Source of the DNA: Octopus bimaculoides
Lineage: Eukaryota
NCBI RefSeq assembly: GCF_001194135.2
Contig: NC_069000.1
Coordinates: 45,609,046 to 45,673,045, forward strand
Direction: 5' to 3'
DNA: 64,000 nt
The stretch's first letter is position 1, and each line of letters starts with the position of its first letter. Under the pieces are notes generated by a model, which saw only the letters and a program-made list of their open reading frames with translations, was not told the DNA's origin and did no database searches. Shown here in pieces: positions 1 through 13,159 of the stretch. A program made the position numbers and the translations under genes.

Positions 1-36
1 ATAAAATGTCTCTTGGACGATGTAATTGCTGCTTTC

Positions 37-72
37 ACACACACACACAAACACACACACGCACGCACGCAC

Positions 73-122
<50 letters not shown>

Positions 123-125
123 ATA
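37..125. repeat. (CA)n microsatellite, representative of very many di/tri/tetranucleotide tracts in the window
   Basis: Direct CA repeats; similar tracts throughout, e.g. (TACA)n ~1298-1358, (GAAA)n ~1505-1590, (TC)n ~3326-3400, (TAG)n ~10858-10910. Confidence 0.98.
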
Positions 126-252
126 CTCACAGAGTGTCCCACCCCAAAATGTATATACACTTAAACAGCAGATTTCTCAGTTTTCATTACTTATTAGGTT
201 TCATTCTCCAGACTTAATGAAAGGAACCAGACCAAACCTAGCACCAAAGACA

Positions 253-315
253 TTTATCCTAAACTGCTTCTGGAAGTTTGGAAATGCAGTCAAGGTTCAA
301 AGAGTATTTCGTTCC
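253..315 (+). mobile_element. Tc1/mariner-superfamily transposase N-terminal (HTH) remnant
   Basis: FILNCFWKFGNAVKVQRVFRS resembles the N-terminus of Tc3/DD37D-like transposases (FILKxYWKxxNxxxVQRxF). Confidence 0.5.
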
Positions 316-447
316 TTTAGTTGCCTACACTCCAAGGGGTGCCGAGCCTACTTACGTTATGAATTCTATGAACCCTTCTGCTATTTTTCGAACGTTTGAA
401 CTCAGAAACCCTTGGGCGATATTAATTCCCTGAACTATGGAATATAT

Positions 448-591
448 CTTTTTCTACTCTAGGCACAAGGCCCGAAATTTTTGGGGAGGGAGCTAGTTGA
501 TTAAATCGACTCCAGTACGCAACTGGTACTAATTTATCAATCCCGAAAGGATGAAAGGCAAAGTCGACCTCGGCGGAATTTGAACTCAGAA
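448..591 (-). mobile_element. SINE family A, 5'-truncated copy (tail type ggccttgtgcctagagtagaaaag)
   Basis: Reverse complement of the recurrent core ctgagttcaaattccgccgaggtcgactttgcctttcatcctttcggg, seen more than 15 times in the window. Confidence 0.92.
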
Positions 592-751
592 CTTTCACGG
601 TGGATCTATTTCAAATTGGGTTTCCCACCAACTGTTTTAGTGGCTTGCAGTATTCCCTTTTAGCTCTAGCTAACGCTTTTCTATGCTCATGGAATATCCT
701 CTGTGTTTACCGGATCTCACACCGTTAGACTTTTAAATGAGAAGGCTTAAA

Positions 752-925
752 AAAGATAAAGTTTACTCTACAAAACCGACAACAGTCGACGAATTGAGGG
801 CAGCTACGGAACGGTCATGCGTGCATTTGTACCGACGAAATGTTCCTTCGTGTTTACAATGCCATTGTTCCGAGTTATTTGCAGAATCTGGGACAGGACG
901 GTCGCAGGTTTGAAACCAAGCGTTA
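752..925 (+). mobile_element. Tc1/mariner-superfamily transposase C-terminal remnant
   Basis: KDKVYSTKPTTVDELRAATERSC, then after a frameshift DEMFLRVYNAIVPSYLQNLGQDGRRFE; typical of the region after the catalytic triad in Tc3-like transposases. Confidence 0.7.
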
Positions 926-1134
926 CCAAAAAATGAAGAACAAATCTATCTGTAGATTCTATTAAATGTGGAAACCATTGAAATATATTTCAATAAGCAC
1001 TAACTTTATTATCATTCAATGTGCGTATACACATTTTAGGGAGGACATCTTGTATACATACATACAGACATACATACATACAAGCACATGTGCCGTCCAT
1101 GAGCTCCCTCTCTCCATCAAATCGACGTTGTCTG

Positions 1135-1300
1135 AACAGGTGCACGGTGTACCACGCGTCAGGTGTCGAAAAAATCGCAGATCGAGGTGAGATGAAGTGT
1201 TTTGCTCAAGAACACAACACACCACCCGATCTAGGAATTGAAACCCCAATCTTACGATCGTAAGTGAGACACTCTTAACCACTTGGCCATGCGCCCTCAC
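1135..1300 (-). mobile_element. tRNA-derived SINE family B1
   Basis: Minus strand: gcatggccaagtggttaag (A box), ggtttcaattcc (B box), gtgttcttgagcaaaacacttcat; related copies at ~2400-2500 (-), 3160-3300 (+), 13878-13995 (+). Confidence 0.8.
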
Positions 1301-1516
1301 ATACATACATACATACATACATACATACATACATACATACATACATACATACATACACACGTATATAAATATGTGTGTGTGTGTGTGTGTATTTATCCCA
1401 GATTCGAGAGAATAAACAAAACAGAATAGGAAAAAAACTAATGAAACAAAGAAATACAGAAACATAAATGAGTCAATAACTAAATGGGGAGGGGGAACAG
1501 ATGGAAAAGAAAGAAA

Positions 1517-1588
<72 letters not shown>

Positions 1589-1760
1589 AACTATGGAGGG
1601 AAGGATGAAGGGACGACAAAAGAAAAAATAGAAAAGAATAAAAGAACAGGAAAAATGAGTCATTGTGTCGAAGATTAGAAACGCCATTAAAGTGTTCAAG
1701 ATGGTTGCGTTAGAATTTAGAAATGGAATCGTTGAGAGGGAAGTTACTTTAGTGGAGTTT

Positions 1761-1797
<37 letters not shown>

Positions 1798-2821
1798 TCT
1801 CTATGTCTGTATGCCATGTGTTGAATTCTTCAATGTGTTTTCATGTTTACTTATAAACGTATAACACCTACAAGAATATGTTAATAATTGTGTGTCCACT
1901 TACAGTTGTACCTACCTACCTACCTATCTAGTCCAAGCAGCTACAAAGAATTGCATATGAAAATTGGGTTCAAGAACTCTTTTGGATAGAAAATGTCGAG
2001 GGCTGCCCATGGGACACGAACCCACATCTCCTGTAGACACGGCAGACGTTCAACGATTGTTCCAAAACAATCCTTCCAGAGTCTCTATCCATTTTAGAAA
2101 TAGTATTCTTACTGACAATTGTTGACGTCGTAAAAATTTATAAACTTTCGAGAGAACGAGAAAGAATTCTTTTTTAGAACACTGGATCTCGAAATACATA
2201 AAACTATAAATATAACTCGATCGCATGTACCATGCTTACGCTAATTGTTTTAAATGCCCATGTAGCTGCGAGCAAACATAGACATCATCTCGGCCTTCGA
2301 ACACTTGGTTCAGCAGCACATCTAGTGTGTGACAGCTGGAAGCAGAGAGGCCGGCACCAACACTCATCTGGTAATAATTTCCATCCAGCTAGACTGCAGT
2401 GAAGAGAAATGGAGTAGATGGGTCGAATGAAGTTTCTTGCTCAAGGGCACAACACGTCTTGTAGTCCAGAAAGCCAACGACCTTATCGTGAACCTAAAGT
2501 ACTCGTGACTAGGAAACGCATTTCTTGTGCTTCTTAAATGTGTAATTTGGTATATCAAATACTTTTACGATGTTTTTAAAGTACATTAGAATATTGGAAG
2601 AAAAACTTTCTGTCACAGCCTCCCTTCTCTCTTTGTTGCTGCATCGCCTAAATGTAACGTATATCATTCTTCTGTAGATTTAATATTCCACTGTAACGCG
2701 TCTTACACTTGAACGGGCTGGAGATATTCATAGAGCATAAGTACATGGGAAGGAATACTGTGTGCGAGCGCGCGTGCGTGTTTATGTGCGCATGTGCGCG
2801 CACGTGCGTGTGTATGCAGGT

Positions 2822-2861
<40 letters not shown>

Positions 2862-3159
2862 AAGAGAGAAAGATTTTAGAATGTGTCCTTATGTAAAAAA
2901 AAAAGTCAAAGCGTGAACAAAAAGCTGCACTTTTGCGATTTCTTTTATTAAAATTTCTTTTATTAATTTTTTTACTAATTTCTAATTTTTAACCACATTT
3001 TTTATTAAATGTTTTTCTAACAGAAAAAGGAAAAAAATATTTTCATTTAGTTGTTTACAATTGCTGTTCTGTACTTTAGCAGTACAATATCAACGTGAAC
3101 TGAATCCGAACCCGCGTACGTGATATACAAAGATATTACAGTCCCCCCACCCAATATCA

Positions 3160-3300
3160 AGTAAAACGAGTGGCCTAGTGGTTAGAATGTTGGTTTCATG
3201 ATCATAAGGTCGCGGGTTCAATTCTTGAAATGGGCGGTGTGTTGTATTCTCTAGCAAGGCACTTCATTCTACGTTGCACCGGTCAGCCCAGCTCTAATAA
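3160..3300 (+). mobile_element. tRNA-derived SINE family B1
   Basis: ggcctagtggttag ... gcgggttcaattc ... ctagcaaggcacttcattct, followed by a (TC)n tract. Confidence 0.8.
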
Positions 3301-3323
3301 ATATCAAATATGGGTACTGGTGC

Positions 3324-3398
<75 letters not shown>

Positions 3399-3639
3399 CA
3401 TCTCACTGTCCCCCTCCATCTCTCTCGCCCTTCTCTCTCCCTCTGTTCTTATCTCTCTTTCCTTCTCTCACTCTAGATGTTACATCTTGAATGTTCATTT
3501 GGCCCAAAGCAGAAGATGCCCAGTGGGTGTCTGTTTCTGCTCATGAGCACATTGCTAAAGCATGATGCATGTTTCCATGTTATACTCTGCTCGTTAGTGA
3601 CGACTGCCTCTGCATAGTCCCAATATTCAGATATTTTCG

Positions 3640-3963
3640 AAAAATATCACGAAGGACACCTTCAAACGCTGCTAAGGACTTGTTACAATCTGGGGAGTTA
3701 GATGGGCAGATGTTAGGGGTGATGTGGTTGCAGAAATTGTCTGACAGCCATGACTGGGTTCTTCTGCTACTTGATGTAGGCCTCCGTGTTGAGTGTGAGG
3801 TCGTGTGGGAAGATGAATGGTGGCATGGCGTCGCCATCACTAGTGATCTCTCCAAACGCCTTGATATTGACTGGATGTTTGATCTTTATCACTCTCGGTA
3901 CATGTTTTGGAGACACGGTAAGCCAATGGTTGCTCCATATGTTCACCATCTGATCCTGGCAGA
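3640..3963 (-). mobile_element. Degenerate DD37D/maT-like Tc1-mariner transposase fragment
   Basis: FCQDQMVNIWSNHWL...KHPVNIKAFGEITSDGDAMPPFIF...LNTEAYIK and ATPCHHS...RRTQSWLSDNFCNHITPNICPSNSPDCN match the catalytic-region motifs (QQDxAPxH, WPxxSPDxNP); frameshifted and cut by a gap. Confidence 0.8.
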
Positions 3964-4284
3964 ANNNNNNNNNNNNNNNNNNNNNNNNNNNNNNNNNNNN
4001 NNNNNNNNNNNNNNNNNNNNNNNNNNNNNNNNNNNNNNNNNNNNNNNNNNNNNNNNNNNNNNNNNNNNNNNNNNNNNNNNNNNNNNNNNNNNNNNNNNNN
4101 NNNNNNNNNNNNNNNNNNNNNNNNNNNNNNNNNNNNNNNNNNNNNNNNNNNNNNNNNNNNNNNNNNNNNNNNNNNNNNNNNNNNNNNNNNNNNNNNNNAT
4201 ATATATATATATATACAAATGAGTGCTGAAAGGTTTCTGGCCTTTTGGGTGTCGCGAAAGGCCTGGCTGGAGGCCCAACCTTCC

Positions 4285-4408
4285 GAGTTCTTTTACAAGG
4301 CTTAGAAAAACTGAAGGACATCTGCAACAAGTGTGTGAAACTGAGGGAGGAATATGTCGAATAAAATCATAATGAACTGATCCAGGAGTTTTTCAGTATC
4401 CCTTCGTA
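4285..4408 (+). mobile_element. Mariner 3' end with terminal inverted repeat
   Basis: GLEKLKDICNKCVKLREEYVE* followed by a TIR ending tcagtatcccttcgTA; same family as 46138-46620. Confidence 0.82.
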
Positions 4409-4690
4409 AATATATGAGCATGTGCGTGTATGTTTATGTGGGGACAAAGAGGACAAGCATAGAAATAAAAACTGAAAAATTCAATATCTTACAAACGCTG
4501 AATCAGGTCAGAAACATTTATTGATGAGGGAAAAAAAAAAAGAAAATGCAAAATCGAATTTCTGAAGTGTCGCTTGCTATTTTAGGTACGACAACAAAAG
4601 TGCTTTTTTTTGTTGATATTAGACGCCTTGGATTCAATTGTTTTACATGCATAATTATAAAAACACAACCTCCAAGCTTAATATTGAGTT

Positions 4691-4900
4691 AAAACTTTGG
4701 CACAAGGCCAGAAATTTGAGGGGAGGGGCCCAGTCGATTACATTGACCCCAGTATTGAACTGGTACTAATTTATCGATCTTGAAAGGATGAAAGGCAATG
4801 TCAACCTCGGTGGCATTTGAACTCAGAACGTCAAGACGGACGAAATGCTGCGAAGCAATTTTCCCCGGCATGCTAACAATAATGCCGGGCTAGCCGCCCT
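4691..4900 (-). mobile_element. SINE family A, near full length
   Basis: Head, core and tail (ggccttgtgccaaagttt) on the minus strand. Confidence 0.9.
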
Positions 4901-4924
4901 TTCCCAGTTTAATATTAAGAAATA

Positions 4925-5480
4925 GATCCTAAGAGAATCTTATGGAAAATATGGTGGTTTTTATTGGTTGAATAACTATTTAAGCCACTAATTTTCATAG
5001 TTGCCAGCCATCTCAAATTTTGCTATTTCAAAAATATATATTTAGAAAAAATCTAGAGGCATGCAAGCTTAAAATTAAGAAATAAACTCTAACGGATCCT
5101 CATGAAATATGCGAAGGATTTTTATCTATCGAGTTCGGATAACTTAAAGAGCTACCTTTCATAGTTGTCAGCCATTTTAACTTTCAATGTTTTACATGCA
5201 GCCATTTAACTTTTATAAACGAAAACAGAAAACAAAAAAAAGAAAAAACAAACTAATATCAAGAACTAAGCCTCGGGGATTCCAAATTAAAAATATGGTG
5301 GTTTTCATCTGCCAAGCAACGGTAATTTAAAACGCTACTTTTCATACATATCAACAATTTTAAATCTTGATATTTTAGACATATATAATCTAAAAAATCC
5401 AGAAGATTATTAGACTAGCAACATGAAAAAGACCCGAGGGATGCCTCCTAAAATATGTGGTGGTTCTTATCTGCTTTTAA
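4925..5480. repeat. Degenerate tandem repeat, about 4 units of ~160-185 bp
   Basis: Anchor aaaatatg(g)tggtt at 4946, 5105, 5290, 5450; anchor ttcatagttg(c/t)cagccat-like at 4994, 5158, 5341. Confidence 0.7.
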
Positions 5481-6954
5481 ATACAGCACCAAACCAACTG
5501 ACTCAAACGAACTTAAAGCTAGAACGATAGTATTACATTTGTCGGGAGTTCCTTTCAAGTAAGAACATGTCTGAGAGACAGTGGAAAGTATGTTTTATTT
5601 TTATCTATTTATTTATTTTGGCTGATTGATACACCTTTGAATAGAGTCAGACAGGTGAGAAAATTGATCACTTCTTTTCATGATATCCACATCAAATAAT
5701 CAAAGATCGTTCAACATTCATGATAATTAACGGGATGGGGGATGTTCATCGTCATTCGCTTATAGCTTCATATATTATTAATGGCGAATAACACAAACAC
5801 TCTCACGCTCGTCCACACAGGTGCATGTCTACACATCCATATTCACGAACACACATACACACACACACAAGCATATACATATCTACACATCTACATATAT
5901 ACACATACATTCGTATATATTATTAATGCAGAATAAACAAACACTCGTACACACAAGTACATATGTACACACACCTACGTACACTCAGATATGTCTGTCG
6001 GTCTGCCAATCTGTCAGTCTGTCTGTATGTGTATACATATACACATACGTACATATATATATATATATANNNNNNNNNNNNNNNNNNNNNNNNNNNNNNN
6101 NNNNNNNNNNNNNNNNNNNNNNNNNNNNNNNNNNNNNNNNNNNNNNNNNNNNNNNNNNNNNNNNNNNNNNNNNNNNNNNNNNNNNNNNNNNNNNNNNNNN
6201 NNNNNNNNNNNNNNNNNNNNNNNNNNNNNNNNNNNNNNNNNNNNNNNNNNNNNNNNNNNNNNNNNNNNNNNNNNNNNNNNNNNNNNNNNNNNNNNNNNNN
6301 NNNNNNNNNNNNNNNNNNNNNNNNNNNNNNNNNNNNNNNNNNNNNNNNNNNNNNNNNNNNNNNNNNNNNNNNNNNNNNNNNNNNNNNNNNNNNNNNNNNN
6401 NNNNNNNNNNNNNNNNNNNNNNNNNNNNNNNNNNNNNNNNNNNNNNNNNNNNNNNNNNNNNNNNNNNNNNNNNNNNNNNNNNNNNNNNNNNNNNNNNNNN
6501 NNNNNNNNNNNNNNNNNNNNNNNNNNNNNNNNNNNNNNNNNNNNNNNNNNNNNNNNNNNNNNNNNNNNNNNNNNNNNNNNNNNNNNNNNNNNNNNNNNNN
6601 NNNNNNNNNNNNNNNNNNNNNNNNNNNNNNNNNNNNNNNNNNNNNNNNNNNNNNNNNNNNNNNNNNNNNNNATATATATATATACTATATACATACATAC
6701 ATACACGCACATATTCACATATAGATATATAATTTATGGGAAGTTGAATATTGACAACTCCGAAGTTTCTCGTCGTCCATCTTCAGACCACTATTATCCG
6801 GAGATCGAATCGACATCTGGCATTAGTCAACAACAAGAAACGTAAAGGTAGAAAGAATACTCTAATTAACCAGAAGATAATTCTAAAAGAGATTATATGA
6901 TTGCATTATTAAATTTATCTCTACAGGTTTTCTATAAAATTCGGAGCGACTATT

Positions 6955-7035
6955 GCAAGTACCGACGTTTCGTAAACGAATATATCTATATACAGAATGC
7001 AATCGTAGAGCTATTGCTCTTTCATCAGTACTAAC
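6955..7035 (-). ncRNA. Disrupted minimal hammerhead ribozyme relic (Penelope-like)
   Basis: Minus strand: CTGATGA-A-AGAGC aata GCTCT ... GAAAC GTC, interrupted by 28 nt flanked by a duplicated TACGA. Confidence 0.5.
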
Positions 7036-7111
7036 GTGTGCACATAAGGTGACTGGATGGTTGGTTAGTTAGATCACTGGCTGACTGGCTGGTTGGTTGG
7101 TTTATGAGCTG

Positions 7112-7230
7112 GATATGGAGCTGATGAAAGAGCAATTAATCTTGAAACGTGCATATACACCAATCACCGATATTTTTCTAGCTTAGATCGCACTGTTACG
7201 TCGCAACTCGTATTGTAGGCTCTAAATTCT
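7112..7230 (+). ncRNA. Degenerate minimal hammerhead relic plus Penelope-like tail
   Basis: CTGATGA (7121-7127), stem II AAGA/TCTT, GAAAC GT-G; the cleavage triplet and stem I are degenerate. Confidence 0.45.
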
Positions 7231-8960
7231 ATAAAAAAAAATCTTTAAAGATAAACTTAAAAGGGAGAATATTGCACTGCTAACACAAGGTGAGGCATCA
7301 TATTGACTTGTAAATCTGTACTATGCCTGATAATGTATTATGGTTGCGAAACGAAATACTGTGTCCAGCAATCAATATTTACATATCACTTGCTAGGAAT
7401 GTGTTGTTTGGTACACGTGTATGTGTTTAGTGGCATGCATTTTTGCAGAAAAAACGAACACACACACACGTATGGGTGTATCTATCTATCTATTTATCTA
7501 TCTATATGTGTGTGTGTGCGGGCGTTGGTATGTGTGTGCATCTATATATATATATATATNNNNNNNNNNNNNNNNNNNNNNNNNNNNNNNNNNNNNNNNN
7601 NNNNNNNNNNNNNNNNNNNNNNNNNNNNNNNNNNNNNNNNNNNNNNNNNNNNNNNNNNNNNNNNNNNNNNNNNNNNNNNNNNNNNNNNNNNNNNNNNNNN
7701 NNNNNNNNNNNNNNNNNNNNNNNNNNNNNNNNNNNNNNNNNNNNNNNNNNNNNNNNNNNNNNNNNNNNNNNNNNNNNNNNNNNNNNNNNNNNNNNNNNNN
7801 NNNNNNNNNNNNNNNNNNNNNNNNNNNNNNNNNNNNNNNNNNNNNNNNNNNNNNNNNNNNNNNNNNNNNNNNNNNNNNNNNNNNNNNNNNNNNNNNNNNN
7901 NNNNNNNNNNNNNNNNNNNNNNNNNNNNNNNNNNNNNNNNNNNNNNNNNNNNNNNNNNNNNNNNNNNNNNNNNNNNNNNNNNNNNNNNNNNNNNNNNNNN
8001 NNNNNNNNNNNNNNNNNNNNNNNNNNNNNNNNNNNNNNNNNNNNNNNNNNNNNNNNNNNNNNNNNNNNNNNNNNNNNNNNNNNNNNNNNNNNNNNNNNNN
8101 NNNNNNNNNNNNNNNNNNNNNNNNNNNNNNNNNNNNNNNNNNNNNNNNNNNNNNNNNNNNNNNNNNNNNNNNNNNNNNNNNNNNNNNNNNNNNNNNNNNN
8201 NNNNNNNNNNNNNNNNNNNNNNNNNNNNNNNNNNNNNNNNNNNNTATATATGTATATATATATATTCATATATGTATATATATGTATAGATATATGTATA
8301 TATATATTTATATATATGTATATATATATATTCATATATGTATATATATGTATATATACATATATTATTTATTTATTTGTGTGTGTCTGCGTGTCTGTGT
8401 TTGTCCCCCATCATCGCTTGATAACCGGTGTTGGTCTGTTTGCCTCACCGTAACCTGGCGGTTTAGGAAAAGAGACTGGTAGAATAAGTACTATATAATG
8501 TATGTGTGTGTGTTGTGTGTGCGTATATAATGTATGTATGCCTGTTTATATATAGATATAGATATACACACATACACAGAACAATCACTTACATACATGC
8601 ATACATACAGGCATTAGTGCAAAACGTCTGTTCTGAATGGGTGAATGAACTCCACAACATATATTTTGTAATTGCTTCTGTTGAACGTCCAATAAAACAT
8701 GCTTCTCACGATCAACGCTGTGCTATCGACTGACGAGGGTCTTTTCCAATCTTCACACCTTCCTTCTCACCTCCTCTCCTTCTCTACCGCTCGTCTCTCT
8801 TCGCCTGTGACGTCCAGTGGATGCAATGCGACATTTCAGCAATGCTGGCTCTGATGTTAGGACTCTTTCTCTCTCTGTTTGTCTTCTTTTCAACAGCTGC
8901 TGGTGGTCAACTGGTCAATACCGTTACTGATGTGAAGGTTTTGGGTTGTAGTAGCCCGTA

Positions 8961-9007
<47 letters not shown>

Positions 9008-9140
9008 CATAAATAAGTTAATGAGTGGAAATTTTGCCGGTGAGTGTGCTAAATTATAAGGCACTAAAAGAGAATGACTCTCCCCAGACACAACAGTATA
9101 TGTGTGTGTACACNNNNNNNNNNACACACACATACATACA

Positions 9141-9198
<58 letters not shown>

Positions 9199-10858
9199 GC
9201 CAGCTAGCTAAATAGAAATACATGCGTGTTTATATATGCATATATACTCACATATACATAATTATCTCTGCCTTTCTGTTTCTCTCTTTTTCTATATATA
9301 TATTTGTATGTGTGTGCGCGCGTTCATACATGAATGGCTCGGATCTCATCTTGTTTCCAATAACGAATATTAACACTGGTACAGCAAACATATTGTGTGA
9401 TATTGATTTTGTTGTTGTGTGTACAAGGGAGCTCCGTTTTAAATAGATTAATCTCGTTCTGGTGCAATATTCTCTGGGAAAGCCCTCTTTCATAAATTTA
9501 CAACTTTACTGTATAATCTCGCAAACCCACGCTTACTGTTCGCAACAATCATCATCGGTTATATGTTGGGCGGTTTTACAGTCAAGCCGTGTGATTCTTT
9601 ACAAATACTAGTTGCACATTGATACACCTGATAACCAGGTCAATCTAATTTTTCATACAATGTTTCTACTAATTTATACTCTCAGTGTGTTAACAGAGAT
9701 GCTGCGTTTTGGATTTCGGTTACTGTTTCTCAACAGCACCCCTCATTCATCCAGCTCGCTTCCTTCCTCAACATAAATGTTTTAAGGACTTTAAATGTCA
9801 TTATAAATAGTAATATTGTAAAAAATACTTGAAATATATACGAGTACTTTTGACTTGCTGTGTTTCATTACGGCAACTGTAACCTTTGTTTTTTTCCCTC
9901 TACTCACTTTTAATATTTTGCGGTCGCCCTCTCTTATGTTGTCCTTTATAGTAAATAATTTTTGGCATTTTAGTAAGGCTTGGTACTTCTGTGACCCATG
10001 TGTAGGGACAAAATATGCTGCTTTCTTTCTAATTATGTCAGGCTATCACCAAATTCCTGCAATGTTCTTAGATTTCTCACAGTAATATTTTGTCACCGGA
10101 AATTGACGAACACAACACCAAACTTTTTCTGTTCAATTATTTGTTCATCTGGTTTAATTTTGTGAACTTCACCGTGGTCCTAGAGGAACAAGTTTAAGCA
10201 AGCTAAATATATTTTTTCTGCATCAGATTTTAACATGAAATTATTTGGCATTCTTTTTAAACCAAGCGAGTTGCTTCGTTCTTTGCAGATTTTGTCTCCG
10301 CCAAACAACCTCGCATACCAATTTTCCTGTTTCTCACAACTTACTGATATAGCTTAGAAAGTTTTTGCTTCCAAAATATTAACTTTCATACTAATACCTA
10401 ATGATCAAGCCTCTATTTAGTGCTTTCACATCCTACCGTTTTTCCAACGCTGTTCTAAAAAACACTATCATTGACACCATAGGTTAAGGAAAATCGAGTC
10501 GGTTCTCGTCTATCTAGCCCTATAGAGCATTCAGGGCCAGCGCTACGTACTAGGAAAAGTTTGCGATCGTCCAGGGTTTTATAATTGGGGACAGCATAAA
10601 TAGCATACCTAAATTTGAACTCAGAACGTAAAGACAGACGTATTTCGCCCGGTGTGCTAACGATTCTGCCAGCTCGTCGCCTTGTGTCGCAAGAATGTTA
10701 AGATAAAAGCAGCCGCCATTCATTCGTTTGTTCCATCTTCACTCCACCACCTTCTCCAGTGTGAAAGCTGAATAATAGATACCACCTGACTTTCTCAGCT
10801 TGTTTTAAATAACTTGCGCTTCCTTCATTAACTGTGACCACGCCATAACATCTGGAGC

Positions 10859-10911
<53 letters not shown>

Positions 10912-11152
10912 CACTTGCATCAAGAGAACTCTTTTAGTAAGAGCAACGATGTGATTATGACAACTATATCATATCTCATTATATAACATTCCGCGAGTTA
11001 AAGGTGACGGTAAGATACTGAACAAAACCAATTCCAGAAAGTTTAAGATTACTGCCAATCTTCTTTAGAAATCTTAGCACTGAATAATCTCTGGTAGTCT
11101 TATTTTAGCTTTCAATTCCATGAAAACTAAAACGTTACGAGTGAAATGTTTC

Positions 11153-11200
11153 TTTTCGAATTGTCTTATTTTCGAATTGTCTTCTTTTCGAATTGTCTTC
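11153..11200. repeat. 16-bp minisatellite x3
   Basis: ttttcgaattgtctt(a/c) repeated three times without spacers. Confidence 0.9.
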
Positions 11201-11979
11201 GTAAGGGGCCACGTGGTTAAGAAGGTCGTTTCAAAACTCTTCAGAATTGCGTCGAAGTTCGATCCCTTTACGTAACACCCACAGTAAGTGTCTTTTACCA
11301 TGGCATCAGCTCACTTTTCTCTATAGATCCTAACAGGTTGATATTTACCTGCTACAAGACAAATTTGAGGTATTTAGAAGCTTTGTCTTCAGAGATGACG
11401 GCCGAAATACGTCAGTATGTTCACAATCGAATCTGAGAGCGGTTTGAGAATGAATAGATGCGTTATTATATGAAAGGTTATTAGCAATAATATGATTCAT
11501 TCACCCGATAATATTTACGAGGAAAATATCTATAAAACATCATTATTGCATGACGAATTCAATAGATCGAAACAGGAGAAATACACTCGTGAGCCAATTT
11601 ATAAGTTCTCGGACAAAATATGAAGGAAGTCTGCCCATTTCCGTTCATTTTCATTCAATTTGGTGGTTTTTATTTGTTTATTTTAAAATCTGTGGATCTT
11701 CAAAGTATTAGGAATATTGGATTAATCTTAAACAACCAGTTATAAAATAAAATAAAGGTATATTACATTAATAAAGTATTTAGCGCAGACGCCCTGAAAA
11801 TGCGGATTTCCTTAGCATAAAGAAGTCTGTTCAAAAATAGATCTTTTAAAGCTTTGCACCAATTATATGGCGTATTATGCTTGTGACTGCAGTGTTGTGT
11901 CTGAGTGATGTTCACATTCAAGTCTAACAATAACGGTATCGCACCACGCGACGTCAGCTAAATATCTATCGACACTTTG

Positions 11980-12072
11980 TATCGAAAGGATGAAAGGCAA
12001 ATTCGACCTCGGCGGAATTTGAACTCAGAACGTTAAGACAGACGAAATACCGCTAAGCGTTTCGCCCGGCGT
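11980..12072 (-). mobile_element. SINE family A, partial
   Basis: gaaaggatgaaaggcaaattcgacctcggcggaatttgaactcagaacg... Confidence 0.88.
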
Positions 12073-12319
12073 AAAATAAATAAATTTAGATATTACAGGG
12101 TCCGGTTGCGGGTGAAGAAAGAATAGAAACTCATTCTCTCTATGCATAGAATGNNNNNNNNNNNNNNNNNNNNNNNNNNNNNNNNNNNNNNNNNNNNNNG
12201 TGCGTGTGTGTGTGTATGAGAGAGAGAGAGAGAGTCTCTGAGTAGACCTTGCATATTATTAAGAACCGTTTATATTTGGACAACCCTGGGGTAGGCTATT
12301 CTTGATATGAAATAAATCG

Positions 12320-12540
12320 AAAGGCAGCGAGCTGGCAGAGTCGTTAGCATGCCGGACAAAGTGATTAGCGGCATTTCATCCGCCTTTGCGTTCTGAGTTC
12401 AAATTCCACCAAGGTCGACTTTGCCTTTCATCCTTTCGGGATCGATAAAATGAGTTCTAGCTGAGCACTAGCGTCAGTGTAATCGACTCACCCACACCCT
12501 TGACCTTGCAGGCCCTGTGCCAAAATTTGAAACCAATATT
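12320..12540 (+). mobile_element. SINE family A, full length
   Basis: aaggcagcgagctggcagagtcgttagc head, core, tail ggccctgtgccaaaatttgaaacc. Confidence 0.92.
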
Positions 12541-13119
12541 AAGTAAATCCGCCGGCAGAGGGCAGTGTTAGATTTTCGCTGATGTAGAAGCTGTTGTTGT
12601 TTTGTTGTAGAATGAATTGTTATGTAATTACAATGATAAGTTCAAGGCTATGGTGGTACCTTAGCTGCTGGTGAAATCTGATAGTGGTATTACAGTATTA
12701 CAGCATGGAATGGTAACATGATAAGATAGTAGTTTGGCATAATAAAGCTCAACCATACTATTATCATTCGCCATCACTGCACAACCTACAACCATGCAAT
12801 CGATCGGAAGAGCAACACCACCACCGCCACTTACAGATCAACCCATTACAAAACCGCCCGAAGCTACGATTTACCAATTTACTCTGAATCGGGCATTTAT
12901 AATGTTCTTTCTGCAATGTGATATATTGCCAAATAACTAATGGCTACCCATTATTAGAGGCAGTCTACTTATTCTGGATAAATGCTTTGTCAGGAGGCTG
13001 GGTTAGTCTGTCATTGATGACGGGAACAAACAGGACGTATCGATGAATCATCATTCGAGTCAGACAGAACCAGGAGGACAATTGAGGACAACACGAAGCG
13101 GACAGACACAGAGAACAAT

Positions 13120-13159
<40 letters not shown>

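Noticed and set aside
2008-2070. tRNA-like sequence on minus with a B box
   Set aside because: No intact acceptor stem or cloverleaf; most likely a decayed SINE head.
6762-6786. CTGAAGA...GAAAC on minus
   Set aside because: No stem II, stem III or stem I complementarity.
5821-8482. Long ORFs of 240-350 aa here and similar ones elsewhere
   Set aside because: They consist of N-gap X runs and microsatellite translations (HTHT, IYIY, CVCV).
8842-8960. Signal-peptide-like MLALMLGLFLSLFVFFSTAAG
   Set aside because: The hydrophobic stretch comes from a pyrimidine-rich tract, and the ORF runs into (CA)n.
9850-10400. Coding-like AT-rich stretch on minus
   Set aside because: Multiple stops and no motif I can assign to a family.
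11153-11200. Short direct repeats resembling CRISPR
   Set aside because: No spacers and a eukaryotic context; a simple minisatellite.
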